Assembly: GCF_009914755.1 (NCBI RefSeq)
Contig: NC_060937.1
DNA: 64,000 bases
From: the human T2T-CHM13v2.0 reference genome, Homo sapiens
Strand: one strand, 5' to 3'
The translations under genes and the position numbers were made by a program. The notes under the pieces are model-generated. The model was not told where the DNA came from and searched no databases. It saw only the letters and a list, made by a program, of their open reading frames with translations. How positions within the stretch are numbered: the stretch's first letter is position 1; each line of letters starts with the position of its first letter. Positions 46,703-63,013 of the stretch are shown here, piece after piece.

Positions 46703-48890
46703 GTATGTTTCTCTTTCATACGTTTGAAATAAAATAATTATATTTATTTACCAGCTTCATCAGAGTGTTTACATGATTGTATGGTATGATTCAATATATT
46801 ACTTAAGTATTAAATATAATAAATGTATCTCCATAAACTCTTTTCTTCTTGGAATTTGTGACTTTCATTAAAGAAAGTGAAGTAGGTTATTTTTCTTTGT
46901 TTTATTCAAGAGAAATGCTCTACTTCCATGTCCTCCTTTTTCTTTAGATTTCCAGAGCCTGATGTTCTTGCATCAGCAGCTGCAGACATGTCTGAATAGT
47001 TTGGAGCATGTGATGGGGGCATTATTTTCATTGGCGTTTCCCAAGTCCCATGAGGTCATTCCTCTTGCTCCATTTGAGCACTCCTCTGGAGATCTGAGAA
47101 ACTGACAAATGATGACAGATGAGATCAGTTCATCCCATTAGAGGCTGGGTCCACGTAGGGAAGTTTTCCTGGACTTATTCGGAAGCATTCTTCCCCAGTA
47201 CAATTTTAAAAAGTTAGACCCAGGAATATTTGTTGGACTTTTTTGTTCACATAGAACATTCATAGTTGGTTATAAGGAAACATATCTTAATTTTTTGTTT
47301 CTTTGCCTCTTTTTAACATGGAATTGTCAGTACTAAAGCAAAGTTCTGTTGCTATCTCAAAGGCATCTTTTCCTATTATTAAAATTAGGTGGATTTTTGA
47401 ATAACCTTTGTTAAACAGTGTTATAAAGCTCTGTCTGCTTTATAAACTATTTTTAATAAGGATTAGTTTTTTATCTTTGTGTAGGAAATACTTTCCAGCC
47501 CTAGTCTTTAGTTTTAGGTTTGCAGGCATCGACTTGGAACCATGGGGAGGGGAGGAGGGATGGCTGATTACGGTGGTGGCTCATGTAGGAAGTGGTGACA
47601 GTGTCCCTGCGTGTGGAGGTGAGCGACGTGCTAGGCATCTCTCCAAACTGTGTGCTTCATCTTTTATTGGAAACTGTGCAGTGCCCTGTGATTACATTAA
47701 CTGGGACCAGCAGTTATTGGACAGGCAAGGAGGAGGAGAAAAGGGAGTTAGATAAAAACAGGTGAATATTGGTAGAGACACAAGGATGTATTAAAATGTA
47801 TATATGGGAGAATAAGAAAGAACAGAAAGATAATTTGTGGTTACAGTGGTGAGTCTATTTCTTTTTCATGGACTCATCTCTTTCCCAGTGCCACTTAATC
47901 TTGATAATACTCCCGCGAAGTACTTGCTTTACACATTGAGAAACTGAAACACGGGTTTCAAGAACTGCTAGGAGTGCCCACCTCTAAGATAGTTGAGAGA
48001 GAATGCAAATCCAGGTCAGCTAGAGCACTATAGGTTAGGATGTGGGAATTTACCCAGAGCTGAAGAGAGACTCTCCCCGACTCTTAGAGACTTATAGTCC
48101 ATTGGGAACCACCACACTGAAAGGCCACAGAGATGGGTGGTCTAGGGCCCTCTGTAGTTGGAGTGTGCTTCAGGAGGATGAAATGTTGGCAAAGGAGGAT
48201 CAGAATGTGTAGAAGAGGAGAATGGTGAGTCCCGTGTGTGCTCGAAGCCTGGTGGTGGTTCATGGGAGGGTTGGTGGGAGATGAGGTGAGGCTGCACAGG
48301 TGGACGGAGAGCAGTAAGAAGAATTCATAGGCGGTGGAGACTCACTGAGGGCTCGGTGAGTGAGGATGGGCCATGAGGAAAGACGTGTGAGGAAGTGTAG
48401 ATGCTGCGGTGAGGGGAGAGAGAGTTCCTTGGTGCTAAATTGGGAGTGTTCTGCGGGTTTGTGATTTCTTTCTACTCCAATTAAAAGATGACACAGGGAG
48501 GAGCTTCTGAGTTAAGTGGATCTATACTGAGTCTCCCACTTTCCTACCTACTGGGCAAGTTACTTGATAGCTTAGAGGTGGAAAATAAAGAATATTTTTA
48601 GAGAGTAGAGTCAGAAGTCAATCAGATGTGGACTGTCAGTGCTGGAATTCTCCTTTTCTGTTTTTCCTACTGCAAATAGCGGTCCTAGTCTATTTTCATG
48701 GCAGGGAAAGAAATAGGCTTATGTTCATTAGATGTAAATAAAAAGAGTAGGAGATACACAGTTAGGTCCTACTTTGAAGAAAAAGGCAGGGAAAGATAGA
48801 CCTTGTTCATTTTTAGGAACCCCAGACCCCCTTTTGTTTTGATTGGTGTTCAGCTGTGGGATATGCATCCTGTAAACAGACCAATGATGA

Positions 48891-49049
<159 letters not shown>

Positions 49050-50659
49050 TAACTGCTTTCCTCATCATTCCCTGATTGTTTGTCCAGAGTTGAAAGACTG
49101 TTTCAGGTAGGCTGTGAAGTTGACTTAGTAGTAAAAGCCCACTGAAGATAATGGTGGTTCAGGGCAGTGTGGCAAAGATGGTCAGTGAAAAGCTTACTGA
49201 AATCGTTGGTTTCAGAAACAGTGACTCCACGTGTCATGCAAAATCCTTGAATGGGAATTCTTATTCCAGTTTTACCAGCATTGTGTTTTGACTTTGGGAA
49301 GACAAAGTAATTTGTGTTGACCTATGATAATCTTGAGTATTCTGATATATATTGGTTCTCTAGCACCTCTTCTTCTCAATTGTTATGTTTTTTTTTCATA
49401 CATTATAGAGAGACGTGTTTTAGGTACAAAGGCAATGTCCATGTGTAGCTGCATTATTACTGCCCCTTTTAGTCAGTTTCCTAGGTCAGGCTTTTTGTCC
49501 TGTATACCTTCTAGTAACCAAATCTAAATGGTTTATCTCAAAGGAAAGATGTTATTGCTTATGAGTCTTACTTATAGAACTAGATCCTGTTAAATTGTAG
49601 TCTTATGTATCGAGGGAAAGAATTATTAAACTTATTTTATTTGACTATGTCAAGAATACAGAGCTCTCCTAGGATTAATTAGTGGTTGACAGTATTACTA
49701 ATCTTTACCAGTTGTGGCAAGAAGGGTGGTTTTATTTGAGTACACAATGAGTAGAGCTTTTTACAAATGAAGGAATGCATGGGAATTCTAAAGGCATTAT
49801 ATTTGGACTCGCTAAAGAATTCTGTGTTTATGGTAAAATGACTTCAATTAAGCTCATCTAGGTTTTGTTCTCATATGATATATTTTTGAAACTTTTTGTT
49901 TATTCATTTGCCATTGTGTTCTAAGTACCACATCGAGTACAACAGGTGTCAGTGTGAGGTGGTAGAGAGAGGAGGGCTGTCAGTATAGAAGAGGTACATA
50001 CGAAAATGTTGCAAAGGTGTATTGTATTTTTATAGGATTTAATTCTCTCCAAAACCAAACTCAGTTTAAAAAAATTTTTGTAATAGCCTAAAACTATGCA
50101 ATTTGTAACACATTTGATGGATTATCTGTGGGATCTGGTCCCCCAACCCTTCTTGTCAGTCATGGAAATAGTCATAGGCAGATGGGCTGTGCACCTGTGT
50201 GTTTCTTGGCAGAACTGAGTTCAGCGCCCAATGGGTTGTGCCCTCTGTGCTTAGGAGCTCCTCCCGTATTGGGAGGCAGGATTGTACTTGAGTAATTTGG
50301 GATGTGCATTTTACCCTTTCTCCTTCTGCGCAAACGCCTGATAAACTTTGGGATATGAGTTTTGCAAATTTTGGTGAATATAGGCCCCCATGTATTCCAA
50401 TGATTCTCCTGTATTTCTGGTTCTCCCCAGCATATTTTTGTTTGGCTTTTAAGATAACAGATTTTGGTTTTGTTGGACACATTCATACCCAATTTGTTTT
50501 CCAAAGCTCATGCCTGAGCCCAGCCAAATGCTAAATTCCTACTTACCCACTCGGGTATTCTCATGCATGTTAGATAAACAGAAACAAAGCCATGCTTAGT
50601 ATGCTGGCTGGAAGGTTTACTGAAGGCTTTGCCAGTCACAATGTTTCCCTATTTTATAG

Positions 50660-50806
<147 letters not shown>

Positions 50807-51534
50807 TGATTTCCAGGGGCACATTCTTCCAGTGCCTGCCCCATCCCCTCCTGTGCCCATGGCAGTGACAAGATGCATAGCCAAATCCAAACTCATTTAC
50901 CTGTAGATGCCTCTGTCACTCATCAGCAGTGGTGCAGAGGGAGAGACAGGCCAACGCACAACGTGTAGAATCACCTTTAGTTACTAGTCCCTTTCTCAGA
51001 AAACTCATATGGTTATTTTCCTGTCCCTCTCTTGGTGTCCTTATGTCACTGGCTTATCCATGACTTAAGGAAATAATAATTCATGGAACCCATAGTGAGC
51101 AGGAAAGGAGTTCTCTGGAAGGCTATAAACAACACTGATGTCAGGTGTTCCTGCTAGCGAATGTCATGATAGCTGGAGCCACACTCAAGTGCTAACTGCT
51201 GCTTTCTGGCCTCTGGCTCTGCGTGCATGCACATATGAGCACATGCTCACACACACGCATGGGTGTGGCTGCCTGAAAGCCTGGATCTTTCATGGGATAG
51301 CACGTGGGGCCTTTCCTTGCTGTCTTGAAACACACTTCCCACCTCCTCTGCTTGCTGAAACCTGTTTACTGCACATGGATCATGCACAGCTCCCGAACCT
51401 CTCTGCCATGGAGAATTCACTCTTCTGACTTCTCGCGCACTCTCAGCCTTACGGAAGAGGTAGTTTATGTTAGAATACAGGAGAGCTGTTTTTAAAGGTC
51501 CCTTGGTAGATGTGGGAGTGTTGAATTAGAGTGA

Positions 51535-51825
<291 letters not shown>

Positions 51826-52372
51826 TGAAGGACTTAACCACCTATTTCACAAAGTATTTGAACAGGAATCCTTTTACTATGTAGGGATGTTCTCTTTTCT
51901 TGTGTCTTAATGAACCGTTAGCTCTGAATCATTTTCTTTGCTTTAAGAAGCACTTAATTTTCATGGTCTTTCTGAAAGCTCTAGCCACCCTCAGCTAAAC
52001 ATTAATGATAGCTTAAGAAATATCAGGTCAAAAACAACATCAGCGACTTTCTGGGTTTGCTTAAGATTAGGCTTAATGAGATTAACTCACGCTGTTGAGT
52101 TACAGGAGCAATCAGAATGCTGTGGAGGCTGGTTAGATGTTGTACATGCTAAGCTTTCTCGCACTAACTTATTCTAATGATATTTAAACTTTGCCGTTGC
52201 TACTCCACATTGCCTACTTCGATTTTGTTGTTGTTGTTATTCTTTTCAGTTTATCCTAAGGCTTTAGCTCACTTTCAATTTATTGGTTTCCTTCAAGTGT
52301 GGGAGCTGGGTTTCAGCTTTTTCTGTCTCATGTTGGCAGCCATAGGGCCATCCAATTTCCAGTTTCTATAAC

Positions 52373-52685
52373 TTTTTTTTTTAAATATAGAGACAGGGTT
52401 TCCCTCTGTTACCCAGGACCCAGGCTAGAATGTAATGGTGCAGCCATAGGTCACTGCAGCCTCAAACTCCTGGGTTCAAGCTAACCTCCTACTTCAGCCT
52501 TCTGAATAGCTGGGACTACAGTCTCATGCTACCATGACTGGCTAAGTTTCATATTTTTTGTAGAGATTGGGTCTTGCTATGTTTCCCAGGCTGGTCTCAA
52601 ACTCCTGGGCTCAAGCAGTCCTCATGCCTTGGCTTCCCAAATCCCAAAGTACTGGGATTACAGGTGTGAGCCACCATGTCTGGCC
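52373..52685 (-). mobile_element. Alu (AluJ-like)
   Basis: antisense diverged Alu. Confidence 0.9.
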
Positions 52686-53663
52686 CAGTTTCCATAACTT
52701 TGAAACCATCACTTATTTACTGTTTTCATTCCTTTGTTGGTTTAAAAAAATTCTCCTCTGCTTTTTTTTACTCAGTTTTTTTGTTTAAGTTTTATATTCA
52801 GTTATTTATATTCAGTCATTTTAATGTACTGAATTAAAATGAACTGAATAAATCTGAATTCAGGTGTTTATTTGCCCTGTTTTACTGGAAATAGCCAAAA
52901 TTATTTTTAGAATTAGAAAAAGGTGATTAAATAGGTGATGTGCCTGTGGTGGATGCTCAAGAGTTGGATCTTCCCATAGTCTGTGACCAAGTAGAGGTGC
53001 TATGTCCTGGAGAGACTTGGGATGTGAGTACATGGAGCAGGCCGTTTGTACAGTCTCTGGAATTTGCCTGACCAGCAGGCACAGTGCGGGCAGCTGGAGG
53101 GAACCAAACATCCACACCCATCCTCAGCATGAGCTGATCTGCCCTGGGCCTTTAAGAGGACCAAAAGGGGCAACATTTTATAGCTACCCTCAATCTTAAG
53201 ATACTTGGATTTTTTTTCTCTCACTGTTAAATCCTTAGCACCACAGGTCTCTTACTCCTATTTTGCCAGGTAAGTGTATTATCTAGAATTAGTTCTCCTC
53301 CTTTGTTAAATGTGACATAATATGCTACTCATTAGTGGACTGAGAGGAAGGGCTCAGGTACTGTCAGTGTCCTCGGGATAACCTGCCCATCTGCTCTGCT
53401 GCCAGATGGCTTCTATTCTAACAAGCCCCTGTATCAAGAAATCAGTGATGAGTACTGGGCTGCCTGTGTGTGTAGAGTGAGTCCACCATTGCAAGGCATT
53501 TGGAAATGCCATCCATCCAGATGCCATCTGTAGACACAAGTATAAAATAGAGGAAATAGAACAACTGTCTCAGAACCGTTTGATTGCCTTTCTTTGTCAG
53601 AATTTGTTAGTGCTGTTCTTAAGTATGTGCCAATCTTTAACTGAGGATATTTTTTCAATCTAG

Positions 53664-53819
<156 letters not shown>

Positions 53820-56623
53820 TAATTTCCTGATGCTGGGTTTTGTATTTGTTTTTCAAGTATCTTTTAAATGTGTCTAAATGTTTCTCAAATTCATTGACAG
53901 ATGATGTTTTATAGGAATCTTCATTCACAAGGCTAAGGAAAATTGACCTAAATCAAATGAAGATGCCTTCATGCCTGTTACAAACATTAAAACTATCATA
54001 GTTCCTGGAAAAGAATTAGACACACTTACATAGGGCATAGAATTCAAGATTTGACAGCTTTGATTTTCTTATTGCTTTCTTCACAAAATTTTAGTCTGAG
54101 ACTAAGAGAGCATGTTTTTACTAGGTTTAAATATGCGTTATTATTTTATGTAATTATAACCATTTTAATGGTTTTGCCCATTAATGGGCTTTTCTAAGAG
54201 CCTTGCATCTTTCCCTTCCCAGCTTGTTGACAACTTCCTTGACTGCAGAGCATCACAGAGATGAAAATTGAAGAAAAGGAATTTAAGTCAGGATAACTCT
54301 GCCGTTGTTAAAGGAGCACGTTTTAAGTTTGAAAAGGAGTTGAAGCTACTCATTTTTTAAAAATCTAATCTTGATTATTTGAAACATTTAAACACTATCT
54401 GGTACTTTGATCAGCATTATGGTGTAACAAGACCTGGTGCATATGTGGTAAAATGAACACTGCATAACTTAGAATAGCTTGCTAGAAGTAGACTCTATTT
54501 CTATATCTGTTTCTATGTCAGTGCTCTGTGTTTTAGGAAGAAACCTGCTAGAGCCTTTGTATTTAAGTGACTATAGTCCTCTTCAGAGTAGTCTTCTTGG
54601 AATATTCTCAACATAATCCAATGGTGTCCCTTTCCTGAAAACCTTATCTTTGAATCAGCTTTGTCTCTCATGTAACCTCAGTTGTAAATAATACCTGCCT
54701 TCTTGGATAAATTTGATTTAAAAAAATAGACAAAAGCCATGTAATCATTTCTTGTCAGGGATATAGCTAATTAAATGGAAGTTGGGCTCCCAAACAACGG
54801 AAGTTAAGCTCACAAGAGAGTAACATAGGATTCATAAACAGTCCCTGAAGAATCAGCCATAGACTTTGTCCCTGGATTTGTGCTGGTTGTCATTCAGATG
54901 CATGGTTTTGGAGAACAGTATGATGGTATTTTAGTGCAGAATCATCACTGCTACTAGAAAATACAAACCCAAGCTTACAGCCCTTTGATGATGTGTCAGT
55001 AGCATTTTTACAAATGAAGAATAACACATTTGCTTTTTGTATGCTATATTTCTGTATAAGTATATACATTGACCCTTTATGTGTTATTTTTCATATAAGT
55101 TTGGCCTAAAACACCTGCTATGGATCTGTGGCCCCTGTTGTTTGCATGCTAAGTTGACTGTTACCCTGAAATACTTACCTAAAATTTAGGTGATATGCTT
55201 TCCACCCTATTAGAGCAATGTGAAAAAAGTGGATAACCCCTCAAGTTAAAATTGAGCTGTAAAGTGGTAACCTTTCTTAGTTTTCCAGATCTTGAGCGTT
55301 CCCGCTGGCCTAATAACCTATGCGTGTCACTGGCCCTAGACTGAACTACCTTCAGTGTGTTCTTGGATGTGCCCTGGCTGGAAAAGCACCACAGCTCCCT
55401 CTCACTGCCTCTCATCCACACCGCCCGGCCCCTGGGAGCACACGCAGCCCTTTTTCGTGTGTGTTCATTTTATTATACCTGAGCCTATCTAGCTAAGTTT
55501 GGGATAAACACAAGAGAAAGCAAAGTGCTGAAAATCAACCCAGAAAACACAAATGGATTATTACTCAAAAACGAAAGTTTTACTTGTATGTGATGAGGCT
55601 GCTCTGAGCCTTATGAGATAATTGATACCTGTCCAAACAATTTTTTAAAAATAACGATTGTATTATTTTGTACTTTTTTTCTAAGTGGGTGTAGTACGTG
55701 TAGTGCTCATGCCAGAACCGCTCACATCATTTGCTATCTCTTAATTGATCTTTCTTAGCAAGTACTCTCCAAGACCGCTAGAAGATGATGCTTTATAAGC
55801 TGAGGACTTTTTGTCAAAGTCTTATGTTTATCCTGGAGGCTTTCTCTATTCACATTTTATCTAGTGTATCAGTCAGATTCAAACACATCTTGGGTGTTAC
55901 TAAGTAAGCTTCTAACAGCTAGACAATTGATTTCTTTGAGAGAGCTATGTCTGAATTGTTTCTTCACTTCACCTTTGGAACTGAAGCTTGTAGCCTTGGG
56001 TGACGCCAAGAATTTAAATGTCGTCTTGTGATTTAAAGTATCTGTCAAGCCTACAAATGATGCAGAAGGCTCAGGAAAGCATATATGTCCGGACATTTTA
56101 TTAGACTTTTCAGTGTGAGACCACAGGCGGCAGCTGTCAGCAGCATGAGGTCATGCTCTAGATACAGAGTGGGTTTCTAAGCCTGTTTTCTAGTCATATA
56201 GCCCTCATACCCCTGGTAGTATGAACCATTATGGACCTGTCTCCCATAATACTTTACATTTTCATGCATCCTGTGTGGATTTTAAGGTATCCAGAAGATA
56301 TTTGTGAAGATCAAGTATCTAGCAGTTCTCCTTCTAGATGAAAAAAGGGAAGCAGAGCAAGTAAATGGAGTGTCTGGCAAGTGCCAGGCACTATACTAGG
56401 AGTGTTTTCTGAAAACTCTTCTTTTAATATTTACATATGAACATTCTTATAGCTCGAGGAGGAAATTCTACATTTCCCAGGGCTATACCCTACTTAATGA
56501 CCAAACTGGTACTAGGTCTCAGGGCTCTTGACTTCTGGTGTGGAGCTTATTTAGAGGGATTCACATAGCTTTTGCAAAAAATGCTTTCTGAAATTTGATT
56601 TAGAAGACCACGGAGAATGGTAC

Positions 56624-56775
56624 TACATTTCATCCATTCCAAGGTGCACATTGTTTTTACATTTTAATGTCTCTGAAATGGGGATGTCGTATAGTTGTTG
56701 ACTCTTAGCTTTTAATTGTCAGCATTATCTTAGTGGTATGTACCATAAGAGTTCATCTTTAGATTTGGTGACGTT
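56624..56775. mobile_element. MER104-like TcMar-Tc2 MITE
   Basis: atttcatccattccaaggtgcaca...cattttaatgtctctgaaatggggatg...cttagtggta. Confidence 0.7.
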
Positions 56776-57859
56776 AATTATCTTTGGTGTTTGGAGGTGT
56801 TGGCTCTTTTTAGAGTTTGGTTTTTTAAAATATATATATCTATCTCGTAGTCTGAGAATTTATTTTTAAAGTTTAACTTTGTATTCATAACTTAGAAAAA
56901 AAACACACAGTCAAATCAAGTTCCAAGACATGTGTGTCTCCTGTGAGCCAGTGAATTGTATGTAGATAGACAATCATCTTGTGTATAGGTTTTAGTAGTT
57001 TGAAATTGGCATGTTGCCAGAATCCTGCAACACTGTGCTTGAATTTATGCTAACTAGCTGTGTTTTGAGGAGTTGGCGATTTTCTCTTTTAGCTTAAAAA
57101 TTTGGCATCAGCTGGTCTAAAGTGAAATTTCAGATGTAGCCCTTGTGAATTTCGTAGTGGTCATTTCCTTATTACCACTGAATAAAACATCTATTAAATA
57201 GTTATGCAATAGATGTGGAGTTTTCGCAGTCTGTAATTTTTTTTAATGGATGTAGGACGAGTGAGAACAAAATCCTAGTGTGTATTCCATTTTAAAGTAA
57301 TTAAGTTGGCATTAGCTTTCCTCTTAAACCATTTCTGAATTGAAATTCAAAGTCTTTCCCCCACCCTCCCTGCATTTTGTTACCCATCATTTGATACTTT
57401 TAAAACCATTTCTTATGGTCTTAGAGGTTTATTTTTTAAATTTTAATACATTTTATTGTGTATAAGGTAAACAATATGATGTTATGAGATACATATAGAT
57501 TATCTTTGAAGTTTAATTTTAGGAAGTGACTCAATATGTCACTTGCCCCTCCTGTAATTGCCTGTACATTTTCTTGTTCATTAAAAGGAAGGCGAGTTGC
57601 CATTCTCAGGTGAAGCTGGGCTGTGAGGGTGACAACACTGGTGATGTTCTCAATCTTACTGCTGTTTTTCACAGAAGATTCAGTCCTGTATTTCTTGATT
57701 ACCTGCAGCTAACATTGCCAGGTGCTCCACTATAAGCTTGGGCAACTTACATTCCACACTTGGGGCATGAGTTAATTATGAGACAAATCAGAGAATGAAA
57801 CAGATGAGGAAGTACCAATTGTGCAGTGTAGATGTTAATTATGACTGGCTTTTGTAATA

Positions 57860-58060
57860 GTTACTAGCAAATGTTATCTATTATGTGCCAGATACTGCAC
57901 TAAGTCCTTTACAGATGTTTTATATTTAATTCCCTTGGAGAATTTAAAAGTCATTATCCCCTTTTAAAGATAAAACTGAGGCACAGAGAGATGAAGTAAC
58001 TTAGTCTAGGTCATACAGATGTGAGAAAGCTGAAAATCTGAGCACTTAACCACAACACAC
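57860..58060 (-). mobile_element. MIR
   Basis: tatgtgccagatactgcactaag...aaaactgaggcacagagagatgaagtaactt. Confidence 0.75.
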
Positions 58061-61000
58061 AGTGTTCATTTCTCAGAAGGAACAATATGAGTTGTAAAGG
58101 ACCAGGGAAGTCTTCCTGGATGAGAGGAGTTTAAAACTTGAGCCTTCAGAGTTTGTTTAAAACAAAAATGACCGAGAATAGAATGGGTCAGGATGTCCCA
58201 ACGTGGGGAGAAGCCGTGAGGTGAGGTTGAGGGAGCATGTTCTTCTGTGTGGCGAGGGTTCCTGAGAAGGGCCTGAAGGGTCTCAAGGGAGAGGTGCCCA
58301 GGCGTGTGCTCCAGGGACAAGGCCTCAGCTCCCTGGTTCTCTGGATGATGAGGGGCTCTGGACGGGCTGTCTTTGATCCCACCTGGGATAGCTTAAAAGA
58401 CCGTCTTTTGTCATGCATTCTTGTTGTCTGCCAGTGTTTTTCATACAGGCAAACACTGACTGACCAGATTCTCTGTAAAGCTATTGAGAACCAGTAACAT
58501 GCTCACTGCGGGTTGGTACCATGTTGAATCCTGTGATGGGTAGCTTGGTGGATGTGATCTCAGGATATATGGTGTGGAAGGATACATTGTTCCTGACTTT
58601 TTCAAAAATGTCTCCAGAGAAATCTGGATTTGATATCAAAACCAGTGTTCTCCTTTTTTAAGGAGGAAACAGGTTGAGAGAGCTGACAGATTTGGTTTAG
58701 TAATATTTTCTAGTGTGAAGCATTATCTTGTATTAAAATCAAGTCCTGCCGTAAGTACCATAGACTATATAATATTTTGGTTTCTTTGAATGTTGATTAT
58801 ACTCAGGTAGTAGAAAGACTAAACCCTTTTGTAGTATACTGTTAATTTCAACTATAGTAAAAAATGAAATCCCAGAGGTTCTCCTCTCAGTCATTTTATG
58901 GCCGTCTTGTTAGATTGCGAGATTAAAGAAGTAGACCTCAATTTACAAGTTTGGATTGACATTCTATACCTGGCTCTTCTCCAAGAGTTGATCTCATTTT
59001 ATCCAAAAACATTAGAAATCAAGCACACCAAATGTGGATTGACACAATAAATAATTTGCTACATTAGTTAAGCCACAATTAACTGGGTTAAACTTCCCTG
59101 GTCTGTCTAGTGCGAGTGCTCCAACTGATAATTCTCTAAACAAAATCTCACTTCCGTATCCAAACTAAAAACAGCAACAACAAAACCCTTAACCTGTTTC
59201 TTCTCAGAAGCCTTTAGTTTTGTATATTTAAATTCATGAAAGTGTCAGTAGTTTTTTTTTCTCTCTCCCCCTGCCATGGCTAGAAAAAAAAAGACTGAGT
59301 TTTTCCATAATATCTTTGTGTAGCTTCAGTTGTCAAATGGCATTTTGCTTAAATTGAAAAATATAAAATAAAGCAGCAAGCGAGGGCTTAAAAATTACAG
59401 CCAGCTTCTGCAGCTGTTGTTGAAGTAAAAAACTACCAGTAAATCCTTTTGCATTAGTTACACTAAATTTGTAACAGTCTATATTGCATGAAGTTGCTGA
59501 AAGTCTCTGGGGATGAAGAAAGAATAAATCTAACATAGAGGGAAATGATTAAAGTTGCAATATCCCTCTTTGCAAGTGAAAAGAAAATGTAGATCTCCCT
59601 TCTGGACCTAATCTAAGGACTTATAGGAAGGAAGAATGCATTTGTAAAATTTTAATGGGAAACAAAGAGTTTGATTATTCTAGTCCTACCAGGCAGAGCT
59701 TTTAATGGCATTTTGAGAGGGTCTCAGTTTTATCCATCACTGTTGTTAAAATACAGACTTGAACTAGTTTGTAAATGTATAGAAAATTGCTTCTTGTTCC
59801 CCCCTCCTTTTTTTTTGTTTTAGAGATGTAACAGGTATTTGCCCATGTGGTATTGTGATTTAAAATTATTCAGTTTGTTTTGGCTTTAAAAACAATATGT
59901 GTTTGTTTTAACAAGAGAAATAATCTGATTCCCTTGAGATAACTGTTGTTAACAGCCTTGCCTATGTCTTTTTCATATTGCCTTAAAAAATTAACATTTG
60001 GATGAAAAGCCATAATTTTGCGCTTTAAAATTTGATCTTGGAGGTGCTTTACAAAATGTTCTACATGGCGGTCCTTAGGAAGGATGTACTTTCTGAAATA
60101 CACAAACGAAATTTTTTTACTGTTTCCTTCAACCCCTTCATTCCCCCAAAAACCCACAACATGGTTTTTCTTGGTCTTAATTTTTGTCTATCTTGAATTT
60201 CATTTTGTACCTGTTAGGAGGATTTCTCAGGGATGAAAAGGGAACCTGCTAGTAGGTCTGAGCACATAAATGCAGCAGTTCTGCTCCTTGTCCCTTAGGT
60301 AAATGCCGTCTTCTTTGCTAGCCACGTGTAGCATCTGTGAGAAGGATGTCTTCTTCCCTGTCCTGTGAGGAGAATCCTTACTCCTCCCCCTGGCTGTAGG
60401 AACAGTACTGGCCAAGCCCTCCCTTGAGATTGTCACCTGCTTAGTTGAAGGCTGTTGATTGATTTCCCTTTTCTATAATCCTTAATCCATTATCTTAAGG
60501 TGCTGAGACAAAACTAGTTGTGGGGGCCAATATTCTGTGGAGAAGGATTTTTTTCTTGCCTTTTCTCAATGAGAGAGATTGAGTTGGGCGTTGGTGGAAA
60601 GCACAAGTCGTCGCTAACCCCCCAAGGCACTGAGAGGATGGCAAGGTGATCTGAGAGACAGGCCAGTGCCCTGGCGGACACCTCTGGTCTTGGAGTTGCG
60701 AGAGCCCTCTCCTCGCCACCGAGGGTGTGTATTGGAGGGGAGGCATCCTGAGAGGCGCTCGGCTTGGTCCATGACTGCTCACCCAGGGCAAAGTATGAGT
60801 AGGAAAGAGCCCAGGGCTTCCTAGAAAATAGTTCTCCTGCTGGGAGGGAAAGAGAAAATACTATCTCGCTTAACCCATAGAGATAACTTTACTGAAAAAT
60901 GAGAAGGAAATTGTTAAGAACTAGGAGTACTTTCGTTCCAAATAAGCCTTTAAAAAAAAAAGCCTTTTTAAAATAACAACCAAAGAAAGATTTTTTTGAA

Positions 61001-61478
61001 ATGTGGATTACTTTAAATTTTTCACAGGAAAAGTGACTCCCTCAGTGTATTCCTTTGAAACCTGTTGTGAGAATCAGCTGCTGTCTTAAAGGAAGGGAGG
61101 GAGCTAGCTATCCCAGTGGGTGTGTGTGTGCTGATTTAGGGGCACCATTGGGGTCCACTGCCTTCCTGAAGTGTTCACTGTTACTTTAGACGATCCAAGG
61201 CTTATCTTAATGTTATACAAGGATAACAGAGATAAAGAAAAATCCACTAAAAATTGGGAAGTATTTATTTTAGCCTTTAGTTATAAAGACATTCCCAACT
61301 AGTTCTATTCAATCTGTACAAGAATCAAAATCAACTTACTTTTCCTACTCCTCACTGTTACCCTATTCCTCTGTGTGAGCCAATAGGCTTAAAGTGGCAG
61401 ATATAACCAAGGAGGTTGAATTTAAGGAGCTCACAGAAGGAAAGAGAAATTCACATGTTGTCTCTTCCTCCACTTCAG

Positions 61479-61543
61479 GGTATTCCTGCCGATTGGTATC
61501 GCAGAATATGGCCCTTATCCTATTGAAGGAGGACTCTTTGGAT
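61479..61543 (+). CDS. ATP8A2: exon 24 (YSCRLVSQNMALILLKEDSLD)
   Basis: cttcag|GG TAT TCC ... TTG GAT|gtaagt; 65 nt. Confidence 0.96.
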
Positions 61544-61986
61544 GTAAGTAGTTTTTCAAAGTTGTATTTGCTTTGCTATAACAGTATTAAACTCTTTCTT
61601 TCTACTATCATTGATAATCAGGGATCATGTTTTGCTAAAAAACAGTTATGAAAAAACTGTGTTTATTTTCTGTTTATATTTATATTTAAGAATGGATGTC
61701 AGAAAGCCTTATCTTTAAACATCAAAACAGTAAGCTTAGAATATTGCCTCATGATAATACTTTTATTCATCTAGAATTGTGCATTTAAAATGGGATAGTT
61801 TTAATCTGATTTAGCTTTAATCATTAAGTATGAAATATTAGTGGAACCTATTATGACCTACATTAAATGGTGATGGTTAATTTCACTATAAGTTACTAAG
61901 GAGACATGTATGATTTTCTTTCTAGCACAAACTTTAGAATAAAACTAATATTCAAGTGTTAAGCATTGTTTAAATTTATATAGTGA

Positions 61987-62540
<554 letters not shown>

Positions 62541-62974
62541 TTATATTTAGCCAATGCCAGGGGCAGATGGCACGGTTAATTACTCTTTTAAAGGGAGGCA
62601 ATAAAGTACAGAGCTTTCTATACTTGCAAATTGAGAGGGCCATAACTCCTATCGTGAACACCAGGATACTCTCTACCCCTTCATGAGACCAAGGGCAGGA
62701 GGCAGGGGGAGAGTCCGTAGTTCTGTATGTTTCCAAGGCACCACTGGCAAGAGACCACCCTCTGGCGTGAGTGCTTCAGAATTCATCTCGGTACACCTCC
62801 TATCCTTGTTCATGTTACTGCCTGCAGGCAGCCCAGAGTCCCAGGTCATACCTCATCTCCTGGAGTCTAATTCTCACATGCTCTGAGGAAATCTCTCCTC
62901 TACCCAAGTGTTTCAGTCTTCCCCCTCTCACACGTCTTTATTTTTCTCCATGGAACCTCTCATCATTGGAAATA

Positions 62975-62977
<3 letters not shown>

Positions 62978-63006
<29 letters not shown>
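62978..63006. repeat. (TG)n microsatellite
   Basis: directly visible. Confidence 0.95.

Positions 63007-63013
<7 letters not shown>

Noticed and set aside
54158-54189. 14-bp palindrome gcccattaatgggc next to a short hairpin
   Set aside because: Several 7-bp-arm palindromes are expected by chance in 64 kb.
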